A stretch of 64,000 nucleotides of DNA from Octopus sinensis (GCF_006345805.1 NC_042999.1:84568001-84632000), one strand, 5' to 3'; counted from the stretch's first letter, positions 43,894 through 57,619 are shown. Translations and numbers: made by a program. The notes: generated by a model from the sequence alone, not told the origin.

Positions 43894-45999
43894 ATATAGT
43901 GTGATAAATATAGGTTTGCAGTTATACAGGAAATGCGAATGTTGGTAACTGCTACGTAGATCGTTGAGATCAGTGAATTTGTTCATGAGATTTAAAACAT
44001 GTTCTTCTTTTGTACTATTGCAGGCGCTTTGAAGCAGATGGGGGTGCGCATGTTATGACTTTTAGTTTTGTGAATTTTTTGAGGGACTCGAATGTATTTG
44101 TATGATTGTTTCGGTCAAACTCTTGATTGTTTCAGCGGCCTACTGGCATTACCATTTGTTGCTACGTACAATAACATTAAACTGATAAAGATTTGACTGT
44201 TAGCTGGTTTTTAAGGATTGTATCCTGAGTGGCATCTGTCTTCGCTCCTCTCATCACCAATGCAGATTTTGGCACCTCTGATTTCGTCTTTCTTTCTCAA
44301 ACCATCAAACGTTCCCCATAACGTTATACCTGAAGATGTTGGCACTGAAGGTCAACTATATCATTCTCGCTAGTTTCAAGTAACCTGCATACGTCGTGGA
44401 AACAATCTCTTCTTTGTGACAAAACTATAAAATAAACAATAGTAAAACAGATCATACGCTTCATACTTTCGTAGTTGAAAACATTTCATATTTTCATTGA
44501 AATATGCTACACACTTACAACTTTTCAACGTTTGTTTATACGGAAATGTATTTGTCACATATGATAATGTGTTAGAAGAAAACAATCTTAAGCAAAGTAA
44601 TTTTTTTTGTACATTATGATTTTTGTTTCCGAAATCATACTCGTAAAATTTCTTTGTTGTTGGTCTGTTTCATTTCTTTTATTGTTATTGTTGATATTAT
44701 TATTAGTTGATGTTGCTGTTGCGGTCAGAATATTATTTTTACATTTTTTTCTTCACAGATACAGTTTTTAATCTTTATAATTGAATTCGCTTTTAATTAA
44801 GCATCGTTTAAATAGAATTTTAATTAACGCATTTATTTCATTATACGAAAGAAAAATAAGAACAAAATTAATTACTTTCTTGAATAATTTTTGATATCAG
44901 TTTTACGTTTGGAAAATTTGTTTCCTAAAGCAAGTTTCAAGTTAGTAATTTGGCTTTGATAACTTTGGAAGGAAAAGAGAGAAAATGGAAATATTTCAAG
45001 TCAATTCTACTGTGTAATATTTTTCTCTCTGGTTCAACCAGCGGTATAGAGTAAAAATAAAGCTTCTAGTGAAGTGAGCATAGCGCAGTTTCAATTCAAA
45101 TGTTTGTGAATTACATTTGCTACAGAGTCAGTAATATTATGCCAGTGGCATACAGAAACAAATTCATTCGGCTGCATATATTCTCGGTTCGAAATATTAT
45201 CTTTGTCCTTAAGGAATAAAACTGTCTTTGATTGAATACTAGCGCCGCTTTCGGTTCCCAGCTCAGTTCATTTCGGAAAGCATGTCATAGTAATATCTCG
45301 AAAAATTGGAAACAGAGGATTTTTTAGTTAATTATTTGGCAATGTTCTTAAACACTTTCACAACGAATCGAGTATACTTGTTAATCCCTTTTTATATTTA
45401 CTATCAATTACAAGCTTTATGATAGATTGATCATAATATTAATGAACAAATTGCAAGTTACATTTCTTTATAAACTATCCATCTATGTGCTGTATCTCCA
45501 AAACAAAATCAATATAAATTTAAATTGAAAATATTGTTAAATAGCAGGTGAATCTGATCATATATTTTTGTTTTCGATTACCAACTGTTGCTAATTCGTT
45601 TCACTTAATATACTTATTAACAAAAGAATCAAAACATGCTCATTAGATCATTCTTATTCTGTCTATAAGGATTTGTGGTAAAGTAGAAGAGTAGCGTTTG
45701 TTTTAATCATGACAATTAACTTTGTACAACTGTACCTTCCTTCTTGTCGAATTTAGTGGAGATACAACTCATAGTTGTAATCACTTCACAAATCTTAGTT
45801 TGTTAATGCTATTGTAAAACGCATGAAATCATGAAAATATGTACCAAAAATATATATAAAGTTCCAGTTTACCAGTTTAGAGGACAAGAGTCTTCATATA
45901 ATGAAGAGTTAATTGCTAAATAAAGATTGATAAGGATGTAGCCAATATCATGGCTTCATTCCGGCTGTGTTTTAGAACAAGTTGTGAAACGAGCGATTT

Positions 46000-46481
46000 A
46001 AACAGAAGTTCAGGTTCTGTTTTTTCGTGGAATTTCAACTGGGTGTTGCACTTTGAGCTTATCCCAGATTGTCATCGCTGTGATCGTTAACCTCATTGTT
46101 CAACAACTTCTGCGAATATATGTTTGCTTTAAAAGCCCGCCAACCGGCATTGGTCAATCGAAATGCTTATTACTACATCATAAGAATGCCGCAGCACATA
46201 CAACCAATGTAATCAAGCTCAAAATGGAGGAACTTGAAGGGCTGGAAGCGCTGTGTCAGTCTTTCTACATTCCAGACCTAGCACCGTTAGAGTGCAACCT
46301 TTTCCGAACCATGACTCGTTTCCTGCACGCATGGGGGTTTAACAATATGGATGAGGCTCAAATTGTGTACTGGGTGTTCTTTGCCTCTAAACTAGCCAAA
46401 TGGCATAAGCGTAGAATAGAGCTTCTGATAAAACGATGGCAACAGAGGATAGAATATGACGGAGTATATTTTGATGAATGA
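46000..46481 (+). pseudogene. mariner (DD34D-type) transposase remnant
   Basis: LLHHKNAAAHT (HDNARPH), YIPDLAPLECNLF (YSPDLAPSDYHLF), RWQQRIEYDGVYFD. Confidence 0.8.
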
Positions 46482-47359
46482 ATACGTTTCGTACGTAATT
46501 TGTTTGAACTATTAACATTTGAAACACGAAGAAACGTTTTGGATCTCTTCAGTTTTAATTATTTTTTTTTTGGTAACTAAACAGTTTGAAACTTTGTATA
46601 CTGGCTAATTTCTCACGCTGAACACGGCTTACCTTCAAACATTTTTGATGAAATTTCGTATTTTAGAAGTTATTTCATGTTAAAGTTGTCATATGTGGGT
46701 AATTTTAACACATCAACGACGTATATTCAGCTGAAGAAACCTACTGCTCTTTGCGATAGTAATCGAAGAGCAACAACTTCCTCGCCTTCTCCCCATCTAC
46801 ACACTATATGCACATCCCACTTATTATTACACTATATTAGCTGACCAGCTACTTAACCAGCTTCCTTCTTAATACGAAAAGTGCCAAGCTACAAAATGAT
46901 GCGAAAACTCTTTTCTGTTAGAAGTCAGGTCAAGCTGGTTACAAACTGCCGTTCACCTTCGCCATGTTGACCTGTCTTTCATTCACATTCTTTCTTTTTT
47001 CTTTTGCTTTGCTTGACCCTTATTTTCGTGTGTTCGTCCTCCACTATATTATTATTATCGATGTTGTTATTGTTTTTTGTTTTTTTCTTCGTGTTATTAC
47101 CATTCGCTACGATAACCCTTCCTTTGCCAACTTGTCTTCTGCTGCTGTGCTTGACACTTACTCTGCAATTGTGCTTTTATCTTTCTGTGCTTGTATGTTC
47201 GTCCTAGCGGCAATAGGACTACAAACCTTAGCACTAGCAATGCTAATCACACCAGCGACAACACAGACTGAAACATCGCCACTAAAGGTAGTAACAATAA
47301 GAATAAAAATAATAACAATAACAATATAACACCCACATCTGCAGTTATAGAACAATATG

Positions 47360-47950
47360 AAACTATAGACAGCATACCGAAGTCGCCTCCCCTAAGCAGA
47401 TATAGACAGAGCATATCTTATTACGCTCATATGGAGGTCGCCGCCTGAGGCAGATGGAAACTACTATGTAATAAACACCTGTTGGACTAGAGAAGTACTT
47501 AGGAACAAAATAAGGGACGACTGCTACACGTACTTCAGCAATACAAAACAAAGAAAACGCTTTTCTTTGTATCCCAGGAGGCGACAGAATAGAAAACAGA
47601 AACAAACTATACTCAAACCCTGATCTAAGATGACAACGTGGCAGAAACAGTGAAAGAGACAAAAAGCAACATGAAAACAGAACAATAAAACATACTAAAG
47701 AAGAAATGGAGAGAAAAGGCACTTCATTACCAATACCCTGCAAGGCGTGACAGAAGAAAAGTGAGCGTAACTAAAAGCAAACAATCGCTCAAAAGCTGTG
47801 GACTAAGAACCGAAACGGAAGCACTGATTTACGCCTGCAGAAGACCAATACCTGATCATAAACAGCTATGAAAACAAAATAATGCAAATAGGCCCTAACA
47901 GAAAATGCATAAATTCATGCAATGCACGTGAAACAGAGAAGTTGTATGCT
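47360..47950 (+). pseudogene. R4/Dong-like fragment
   Basis: ADIDRA followed by YLLRSYGGRRL, and GLRTETEALIYA..DQ in broken frames. Confidence 0.55.
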
Positions 47951-47959
47951 TCTCCACAG

Positions 47960-49430
47960 TCAAGTTGTCCAGCGGAATATCAATAGACAGCCTGCTGAGC
48001 TACATTCAAACAATGAAACCCCTCATCACCAATGCGGAAGGAACTACGTTACAAGCTCATGAAGAAAGAGAACAGCTTCTCAGTGCTCACATGATCACGT
48101 GGTTAAACATCCTAAGACCAAAGAAACCCAAGGCCAACAATTTCCAAGCCGCGAATAAAGACACCTAGGTACTGTAAAGATGCTGTATAGACTATGCAAA
48201 AATCATAAAATAACCACCGATCCAGTGACAAGGCCATCAACAAGATTGGTCTGCGGGGCTAACAATGCGAGTAACTACAGGATTTCCTACATCTATCGAT
48301 GATCATGATTTCAATATCAAAATTTATCCGGGTGAAGACCTCCTCAGCAGAATCAACGAATGCAAACACGCCTGCGATCTTACAAGCTGCATAAAAGCAG
48401 TATGCATGTGGTGTCCCAATACCCACTCATCAGCATTGATCTTAGTGTAGAGAAATGGGTAGAGATGATCAGCGACAGCGACGAGGAGTTTCGTGGTGTT
48501 GACATAGAGGAACTGAGACTCTATCTTAGAGTACTTCAAACTGTACCAAGACAAATTTGACCTTAGTTGTCTCTTCCCCAGTAGACCAATACAAGTTATA
48601 CCTCCTATCATCATCTCAATAGCCAAGATGAGCTCTATAGAGAGACGGAACGGGTGAAACAGAGCCATACAGACCCCCACAAACTATGATCAGCTGAGAA
48701 ATATGGTCACACATGTGGTTGATACGAGTACCAAAGTTACACTGAAGGGCCATATATTTAAGTTCAATAATAAAATATACACCCAAGAAGAGAAGGCAGC
48801 CATCGGCATTAGTATCGCTGGTTATGTAGCCAACATCTTTAAGGCATGGTGTGATTAGAGATTCAAAGAGCGCTTCGCAGAGAGCTCCATAGACCTAACC
48901 ATGTACTCACACTATCTTGATGATGCCAATATCGTAGAGAAAGCACCTCCACTAGACAATATCTGTGAATCTGAACTAGAAACTAACACCATGGAAACCA
49001 TCCAGCAAATAGCTAACTCAATCCAACAGAGTATTAAACCAAAAAATAGACCACCCTAATAAGCCACGCTAATAAGACACAGAACTCTGACTGGAACCTA
49101 TGAATAGCATGGTCCAGATTCTCTATTCGCATTATGCCAAACCCATAATCTCTAAACACCTGATCCACCAGAGCGCAGTAATTGTGGATAGTACTGAGTT
49201 CAATATCCTAATAGCGGACTTGATGAGGATGATGAGAAACGTGACCCAACGGAATATAGGGCACTTAATCCACTGCATACAGTTCTCTGGATACAGCCAA
49301 AGAGACTGAATCAGGATGTAAAGGGAGCCATGAAAAAGTCAAGGCCATAATGGAGAATGATGCAGATGGGATCTGCCCACTATACAAGAGTAAATTATGG
49401 AATAGCATAAAAAGAGGAAAATAGTATCCA
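47960..49430 (+). pseudogene. Penelope-like element reverse transcriptase, decayed
   Basis: LYRLCKNHK..TRLVCGA, SMHVVSQYP, FKFNNKIYTQ..AAIG....VAN, YLDD, HYAKP, FSGYS. Confidence 0.8.
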
Positions 49431-49591
49431 CCTACCTACCTACCTAACTAACTATCCAACTACTACCTACCTAACTACCACCTAACTACCTACCTAACTT
49501 TCTACCTACCTATCCACCTATCGACAAACATACATGCATACATACATCACTCGAAGCGAGATATCGAAAATACTCGAATTGATAGAAACAA

Positions 49592-49735
49592 TCCTTTCTA
49601 CCAGAGGCACAAAGCCTAAAACGTGACGAGAGGGAGAGTTAGTCGATTTCATCGACCCCAGTACATGACTGCTACTTATTTTATCGACTACGGAATTTGA
49701 ACTCAGGATGTGAAACCAAAAGAAATGCTGCCAAG
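49592..49735 (-). mobile_element. SINE family B fragment
   Basis: ATCGACCCCAGT..TACTTATTTTATCGAC..GGAATTTGAACTCAG core. Confidence 0.65.
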
Positions 49736-49894
49736 AAGCAATGTTGCCTGTAGAAATAATACGTCAAAGAAAAGAAAATAGAAAAGAAAACCAATTTCTA
49801 ACCTAGAATTATTTAGTTTTAGTGTGCCTGGCTGAATAATTTGGCATCTGCTCCATTCAGAGGTGAAACAGTAACATGAGATCTGTATATATAT

Positions 49895-50265
49895 TTTATC
49901 TTTTATCTTTTATTTTTTTCACTCATTGGTCTGCGGTCATCTGGGGCACAACCTTAGAAGATTTAGTCGCACAAATCGACCCCAGTACTGCTTTTGTTCT
50001 ATCACTCCATTTTGCCAAACATTGGTTGTCAAGGGGTGGGCAAGGGATAAACGCTAACACGCATACACACACGTGCGTATACACACATATACTTGTATAC
50101 GACAAGTTTCCACATGGTTTCCATGTTCCAAATTCTCTTGCAAAGCATTGGTCGGATCGGACTGTACTCAAAGGCATGTGCCCAAAGAGGCACGCAGTGG
50201 GAATGAACTCGAAAACACGTGGTTGCAAAGCGAATTCCTTAACCACAAAAATTATACCCGCGCAT
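49895..50265 (-). mobile_element. SINE family A, near full length, diverged
   Basis: Contains both head and tail halves separated by an internal microsatellite, linking the two halves into one family. Confidence 0.7.
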
Positions 50266-51291
50266 ACGATATCATTGGTAAATATTTAATTGTTTTACCG
50301 TGATGAGTTCAAATTCTGCCAAGGATTGCACTGAGGAGGAAGTACAATTGCCCTAAATGTTCTCTAATGATTCAATAGTTTGGCGCACTCATGGCTTCAA
50401 ACGTCCTATATAGGCAATTATATAACATTTTTTGAATATCTTCTAAAGAACAAGATTAAAACCACACGTAAATCTGTGCTAGTAACTCCCCCACCCACGC
50501 ACCCACGTTTATCTATCGGTGAACTGTCAATGGAGTGGATTTAGTATACAAGTAATGTCCATGTACTAAATGCGTGTGTCTATTACTTCCTATTACAACG
50601 ACATTTTTTCTCCTTAATGCGATATGAGATGATAGCGCGGCCGTGTTATCTGGTTTTATGTGTGGTTAATGTTCCTGTTTCTATTAAATATCTTTATTCT
50701 TTGTATTTTCAATGTGATGTTTTCTCCACAAGTCTTACCACTATTTCAATAATGTTTTCCATTATTTTTCAAATGTCTAAGTTAGCAGTAGAGGTTACAT
50801 AAATGCACAAGGCCCTAACTTTGCTTTTTCCTGTTATATAACAAATTCCGAGTATGTCAGTACTTGTGTTATGTAATCTGAATTTTCTAAATTCTTAATG
50901 CTTTTATTATATGATTTTTTTTCGTTCTTTTATTAATCATTTACATTTTCCTTTGTATATTTTAGGTGTTTTGTTATAGGAAATTTTTACTGTCGATGCT
51001 GTCATTGATCGCTTCTATCTATTTTTTTTCTACTGGCTACGAACACTATATCCTTATGGTTATAGCTAGTTGATCAAGAAAGAGCTAGGATAATCTTCTC
51101 CAAGATGTTTGGCAATTAGTAGTGTTCCAAAGTATTTAAGCAATCATAATGTACTGCAGGCGAACCTATTATCACAGATGCTCTTGTGATTAGGAAAAAA
51201 GATGTACAATTTTATGATGTAGGCTGAGTGCATAATAGATGTATGTGTGTTCGGGTATGTTAATATTTGCTTCTATATCAAGTTATAATAG

Positions 51292-51498
51292 TTTCAAATT
51301 TTGACACAAGGCCGCAATTTCGAAGGAGACGTTAAATCAATCACATCAACCCCAGTGCTCAACTGGTACTTACTTGTTAGACACCGAAAGCATGAAAGAC
51401 AGAGTCGAGTTCGGAGGAATTTAAAATCAGAACAAAAAGGCGGACGAAATACAGCTAAGCATTTTACCCGGCGTGCTAACGATTCTGCCAGCTCGCCA
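51292..51498 (-). mobile_element. SINE family B (third tail type)
   Basis: Head and core shared with 43659; flanked by duplicated TCAAGTTATAA. Confidence 0.8.
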
Positions 51499-51747
51499 GG
51501 TTCTGTCAAGTTATAAAAACAAAGAATTCAATATTAAACTAAAGAATCACTGAACATTCTCTTGTATAGTGCATTCTTATTAAACTTTTTCAAGAATGGG
51601 AGTGACTGTAACTTTCAAGTTTAGTTCTATAAAACTCAGTCGGACTGCACTACATATACATAATCACATGCATACATATATATATGTAAGTTTGTATCAA
51701 TATTTATAACTGCCTATCTTTATATATATATATATGTGTGTGTGTGT

Positions 51748-51802
<55 letters not shown>

Positions 51803-52639
51803 TAGATGGATGGATGGATGGATGGATGGAAATCTGCATGTATGTATGTATATATGTGCATGCATTTGCGAATGCACTACAGGGTATATCCTTTTCAGCA
51901 GTACAAAGTTTAGCTACCGTCTTACGTGTAATTCAATATATTGGACAATATAAACGATGCTTATATGATCGTTTCACAGGCAGAAAAATTGTGAATGGTC
52001 TAAACAGATTCAGTTCCATTTAGAACATTTTTTGAGTGAGCGCATATAACCCAGTGTACAAATATGCTGAAGTTTCTATTTTTCTGTATGCTTATGTGCG
52101 TATGACCTAGATGTCATTTTATTCTGAAAGTTTAAATATGAATTCGTTCGGATTTGCTGTACTGCATATAGATATGAAATATATTTGACTTTCAACAGCG
52201 TACGTTCATAGGCAATATAGAAAAATTACTCTTTGGGTTCGAAGTTGTTTTATGCAATATTGAGGTTAATAACGAATGTACGTGGTAGGTGATATGATGA
52301 AAACGTTTCTCAATCGTTAATAGACAGATATAAATCTGTTGTGCTTTGGGTTCATTATTTAAATTGTAAAAACAGAATGTTTTAGAACGTTTTTGTGAAG
52401 AAAGTGGATTGTACCAGATTTATTCACTTTTTTTTATTATTATCACAATTTTATTGATTGTTACTGTTGCCTGTGTCATATACGAGTCCAAATGAGTATA
52501 TTTATTTTGGAAACTAGTAAGATTGTAGGTAAAATTGATAGCACTGCAACAAGTTTCATAATTGGAATACTCCAAGGCAATAAATTCACATCTTGCTGAT
52601 CGTGTTATTGTTTATTTACATGTCTTCTTTGGCTCAATA

Positions 52640-53900
52640 GACCTATGAAGTAAAGCGTTCCAACCGTGAACACTCATTTATGCTCAAGGAAGTTGACTCC
52701 TCCATTATTTCTATTCGTAAATGGCATACAGGTCTTGCTTTATTATTTTGTGAATCTAATAGGCCTCTCTGCCCCGATAGTGTTAAGTAGGGATGTGGTT
52801 CTGAGGCCAAGAACGTCACAAGCTCGATCACAAATTTGTGAGAGAACGGCCGACACTTTGATAGAATGCCCTTCTCGGTGATGAGCAGCGAAGCCTTGAT
52901 TGGCAGCTGTACACACCTGGTTGACGCTGGAAAGGTGTCACAGCACGTGGAATCCCAGAAGAGAATCCTACCAATAAAGAACAGGAAACCTGGCATACCG
53001 CCAGGCATTTTACCGTCCCCTAGATTTAGGGTCGTTGGCTCCAACTGGGAAGTAATGCCTGTGCAGTCTAGGTCAGGCTTTATGATTTCATATGAAGGCG
53101 TTTAGCACTATAATGACAATTGTTGGTGATAGAAAGAAACGACAATGGATTCTGAACACTGAGGCGCATAGATATGGAGGTAAAGCCTCACGGAAACGAA
53201 GATATGAAGACAGTTGGTATCAAGCTGACTTGTCAATTGAGAGTGACGGCATTGCGTTGAGCAAGACACTGGGGTATGACCGAAACATATCAGACGGTGC
53301 TGGTAAAGTCGGCCCACCAGTACTAGCATTTCCAAGATCCTGCTGCACTGAATGGCGTCCCATTTCCTTGATGGCGGGGAGCGGACATCCACAAATGGGT
53401 AGAGAGAGATGGACGTCCTCAGAGTGGAAGCCAAATTGGCTTCGTATTGTCTAGGCCACCCGTGCTCCCCCATCACAGTGGGTTCGTTTGTGTTGCAGAG
53501 AAACCTATTATCTGACGGGTAGAGTGGTCTGTTTCGACACAGTGTCGTTAGACCGGATGATTCATATCTTTTCAGCGGTCCGTTGGATACAAGCTTAGAG
53601 ATCTGTGAGAAGGGATGTGTGGCTTCAGCAAGGGGCAGCGTGGAATGTGTGCAGAAATTTCGGCATCCCGAGGCAGTTCCTTAACATGAAGAATGTAGGA
53701 TGGGCATTCTTCCTGTTAAGATACAGTCTGCTCATTATAGTTTCGAGCTGGAAAAGCATCGACCTGAGGGTGGAGCAAATGGGGGCATGGGATTTGCAGC
53801 GAAACAAGGATAATGATGTCCTCCTTCCGGAAAGAGTCAGATGTGATTGTCGGAGAATTTCTACGACTTCACGAACCCTCCAGTCGCAGCTTTGAGTCTT
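52640..53900 (-). pseudogene. CRE-like (RLE-type) non-LTR retrotransposon remnant
   Basis: FFMLRNCLGMPKFLHTF.AAPC and LEPTTLNLGDGKMPGG..F..GRILFWDSTCCDTF, matching the LEP..L...DGKRPDG..P...G..L.WD.T..DT endonuclease pattern. Confidence 0.65.
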
Positions 53901-54559
53901 GCGCTTCTTCGTACGTAATTGTTTGTCTTTTTCAAACTGCTTAATTTTTGTCAGTTTTTGACCATATAGAGTTTTCTCTTCCTTTTGTTACAGCATAGTA
54001 TTTTGTAGCTTAATTTTTAGCTTTTTTGTGACCTTTTTCAAATTTCACTCCAAATATGTGTTATTTTACCTTCTAAATTATGTTTGATTACTTAAAGATA
54101 GAAAACTGTATTTTGTACGTATTTCTAGCTATTTACATCAGTTTTCCATTAGTCTTATGGTAGATATTTTATATTAGGTTTCCTGTATCTTAAGAACTAA
54201 AATTCTCTGTATTCGTCGTAACTATATTATTTCTATGCCAGATGGTGTGTGGTTTATAGATATATAGTCTAGCTAAATTTATTTAGCGTCCAGTTGATAA
54301 TAGTATAACTATAAAATGGTACTGAGACAGCCTGTGTGGCGGCAATATCTGTTACTTTTATTATTGCAGTTAGCTCTGTTCTAAATATTAACCTGATGCG
54401 ATTAAATATTATTTTTGAAAATTTTTCATTCGTCTACGTTGTACATCGTCTAGTTCATTTATTCCTAAATACTTTTAAGTCTACACAAGTTCTACTCTTC
54501 TTATCTTTGTTTTAAAATATTATGGCATTAATGTTCTGAAATATTTCTCCTCTGCTGAA

Positions 54560-54765
54560 GCTAGTTTGTCGAATGTTTTGGATCCCAACATGATAGATCT
54601 TCCAGTAAACCATTTTTCTGTATATTATGCTGTTTCTAGTAGTTTGGCATTTTCAACATACAGGCTGAGATCATCTATATAAAGAATGATAGCTTATTCA
54701 CACATAGCATTTGCATCCCAGACCATACTGATTACTGCCAGGTATAGCAAGAGTGATGGCAGAAA
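54560..54765 (-). pseudogene. Non-LTR RT fragment (possibly L1/Tx1-like)
   Basis: PSLLLYLAVI and ILYIDDLSLYV in broken frames. Confidence 0.4.
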
Positions 54766-55029
54766 AAAGTAGAGTGGGAGAGCGCATTTTATGTACTCAC
54801 GTATGTCTGTATGTGCGAGTTCTTCAATTATTCTTCTAGTGAAAATAAGATTAATTGTTATCATAAAACTTCGTCTTTACTGCCATATGAGCTATTTACT
54901 TTTATGCAGCAATTTTGGCACGAATATCCTTAATGGACTAATGCTTGGTTGACTACGCATTTGATGTGATGAAGACAAAACAGAAGATGCAACGGATGAT
55001 GATATTTCTTTCGTAGGGCATATATACAT

Positions 55030-55091
<62 letters not shown>

Positions 55092-55099
<8 letters not shown>

Positions 55100-55448
55100 A
55101 AAGGGCTTAGTAAAATAAATTACTTTGCCACATACTGAACTCATTAGAAATAGCAGCTAAAAAAATTTTTTTTTAAACTATTTCTAATACTTAAAGAAAA
55201 TCTCTCTCAGATAGTGTTTGCTCAAACCAACTCACGAAGGTATGGGGGTAAAGACATTAAAAAATTTTTTTTTAAATTTTTTTAGCTGCTATTTCTAATG
55301 AGTTCAGTATGTGGCAAAGTAATTTATTTTACTAAGCCCTTTTATATAATGTAATATTTTGAATTCGCCTTAAATGGTCCCTTTACATACTGAATACTTG
55401 GTGAAATTGATTAATAATTAATTAATTTTACCCTCAATTGTTGAAATT
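55092..55448. mobile_element. Fold-back element in (TA)n with perfect 77-bp arms
   Basis: 55092-55168 and 55274-55350 are exact reverse complements; terminus shared with the 32904 element. Confidence 0.8.
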
Positions 55449-55453
55449 ATATA

Positions 55454-55526
<73 letters not shown>

Positions 55527-55631
55527 GTGTGTGTGTGTGTGTGTGTGTGTAAAAACATAAATGGGACTTAATATCTACGACATATGTTTCGGTAGAAATA
55601 CATATATACACACACGTGTATATATATATAT

Positions 55632-55633
<2 letters not shown>

Positions 55634-55729
<96 letters not shown>
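55634..55729. repeat. (GATA)n microsatellite
   Basis: Direct reading. Confidence 0.95.
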
Positions 55730-55734
55730 GCTAT

Positions 55735-55985
55735 GAGAGTGCATGGCCCAGTAATTAGGGTCCTGCACCCACGATCTCGAGATAATTGTGTCAATTCCCT
55801 GAAGTGCGTGGTGCGTTCTCGATCAGAACACTTCATCTCACGTTGCCGTCTGATCACTTCGACACCTGACGTGTGAAACACCTTCACTTCTTCGGACGAC
55901 GTCGATATGATGGAGGGAGTACTCAGCAAGAAATTGCAGAACCTTCTTTCTCGGACTACGGAGGCTACCATTATCACCACTTTTT
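55735..55985 (+). mobile_element. SINE family C (tRNA-derived)
   Basis: A-box-like TGGCCCAGTAATTAGG, B-box-like GTGTCAATTCC; 3' half similar to 19180-19260. Confidence 0.55.
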
Positions 55986-56524
55986 AATGTGTATGTGTGT
56001 GTGAGTGCGTGCGTGCGTGCCTGTGAGTGTGCGTATGTATATGCTGAGAGAGACAGAGAGAGATTATTACATGTATGTTAGATCATAACATGTATGTTAG
56101 ATCAGACCATAATGCAGTCTATGTGCATTTATTGATCACTTTATGATCTTGAACCTCGATAGGAAATTCAAAAATAGTAAGAACTATATAAATCAAGGTT
56201 AGTCTCGATAGAATTTCTTCGAATATAGACGAAAATGAATACAAATTCACGTTTACTAAATGAAACTGAAACTTTACTAGTTCAAACCCTGATATTTTGA
56301 AATATAGACTAAACCAACTGAACATATATATACAGTCGTTCATATGGGTTTTAGTGTCTTTCTTTACCCAACTATCAAAAATACTAACAACTTGATATGA
56401 TTCATATATGTCTCAGGAAAAACAATGTTATATTTTTATATTTAAATTCAAATTTCCATAGGTGTATTGCAAGTATATAAATATATAGGTAAAATTATAA
56501 ACAAATTTTGGTTTATAAATATTG

Positions 56525-56685
56525 GCTTCAAATTTCGCTAAAAGGCCAGAAAATTTGGGAAAGGGAATAAGTCGATTACATCGGCCCAGTGTTGCACTGG
56601 TACATATTTTTCTAAACTCTGAAACGATGAAAGGCAAACTTGGACCAAGCGGAATTTGAACACGGTGCGCTAATGATTCTGTCTG
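56525..56685 (-). mobile_element. SINE family B, internally deleted
   Basis: GTCGATTACATCG.CCCAGT..GATGAAAGGCAAA..GGAATTTGAAC core. Confidence 0.65.
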
Positions 56686-56820
56686 TTCTCCGCGATATTG
56701 TGATCAATATAGCGATATTGTGATCAATATAGCGATATTGATTCTTGTATATTTATATACAAACAAACGAGCATATATAAAGATGGTTATATATGTACAC
56801 AAAACACACATTGTGTATTT

Positions 56821-57021
56821 ATTGACAGGGAAGATAACCGTCCCTCGGCGAGGGTAGTCACTATACTAGCAAGCTAATTTTGCTTAGAATGATTAAGCTA
56901 AATCCTACCTGTCAGTATCTAGTATTGGAGTGATCACTAGTGATGAGCTTTAATTCCAGGCGAAACTAACTTGCTAGTATAGTAACGTCGCAGCTGTGGG
57001 GCGTTTATCTCCCCTGTCAGT
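56821..57021. repeat. Diverged inverted repeat containing a degenerate hammerhead-like core
   Basis: TGACAGGGAAGATAA/TTATCTCCCCTGTCA and ACTATACTAGCAAG/CTTGCTAGTATAGT pairs; TGATGAgc..gcGAAAC at 56941-56966. Confidence 0.65.
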
Positions 57022-57137
57022 ACAAAGACAACATACTATATGTGGTCATAACGGGCTTTGACGCTTGTTTCTAGAAATATACATACTACCTTGCACCCTC
57101 AGTCAATATTAGTGACAATTGAAATTATATATATATA

Positions 57138-57334
57138 TGTAATAAAATATGTGACAATTATTCGGTTGTTTTAATAAAACTCCGAGTTCTGGATGCCGGT
57201 GCAAGTTTCCGCCCCGACATCCGAAACTCAAAGATTTATTACTGAATAATTGTCACATATTATATTACAAATAAATTCCTCTGTTTACATAATATCGAGG
57301 CCTCTTTCATTCTTTTGTTGTCTTACCATTACTA

Positions 57335-57340
<6 letters not shown>
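57138..57340. mobile_element. Fold-back element in (TA)n with imperfect arms
   Basis: 57138-57269 folds as one hairpin (AATATGTGACAATTATTCGGT/ACTGAATAATTGTCACATATT plus inner GAGTT..GGATG/CATCC..AACTC). Confidence 0.65.
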
Positions 57341-57383
<43 letters not shown>

Positions 57384-57524
57384 ATTAATAATACAATAAT
57401 TGTTTCTTGTCAGGAACAAAAAAAAGTTTAATGCGGGTTATATGTTTATTCTATAATTAAATGTTCGAATTATGAAATGATATGCGGATGACCGTGCATT
57501 TGTTTGTTCAATGATTTTAGTTTG

Positions 57525-57586
<62 letters not shown>

Positions 57587-57619
57587 TGTATGTATGTATG
57601 CATGTGCGTATGTATGTAT

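Noticed and set aside
56692-56740. CRISPR-like palindromic repeats
   Set aside because: No spacers, only 2.5 units, eukaryotic context and no cas genes.
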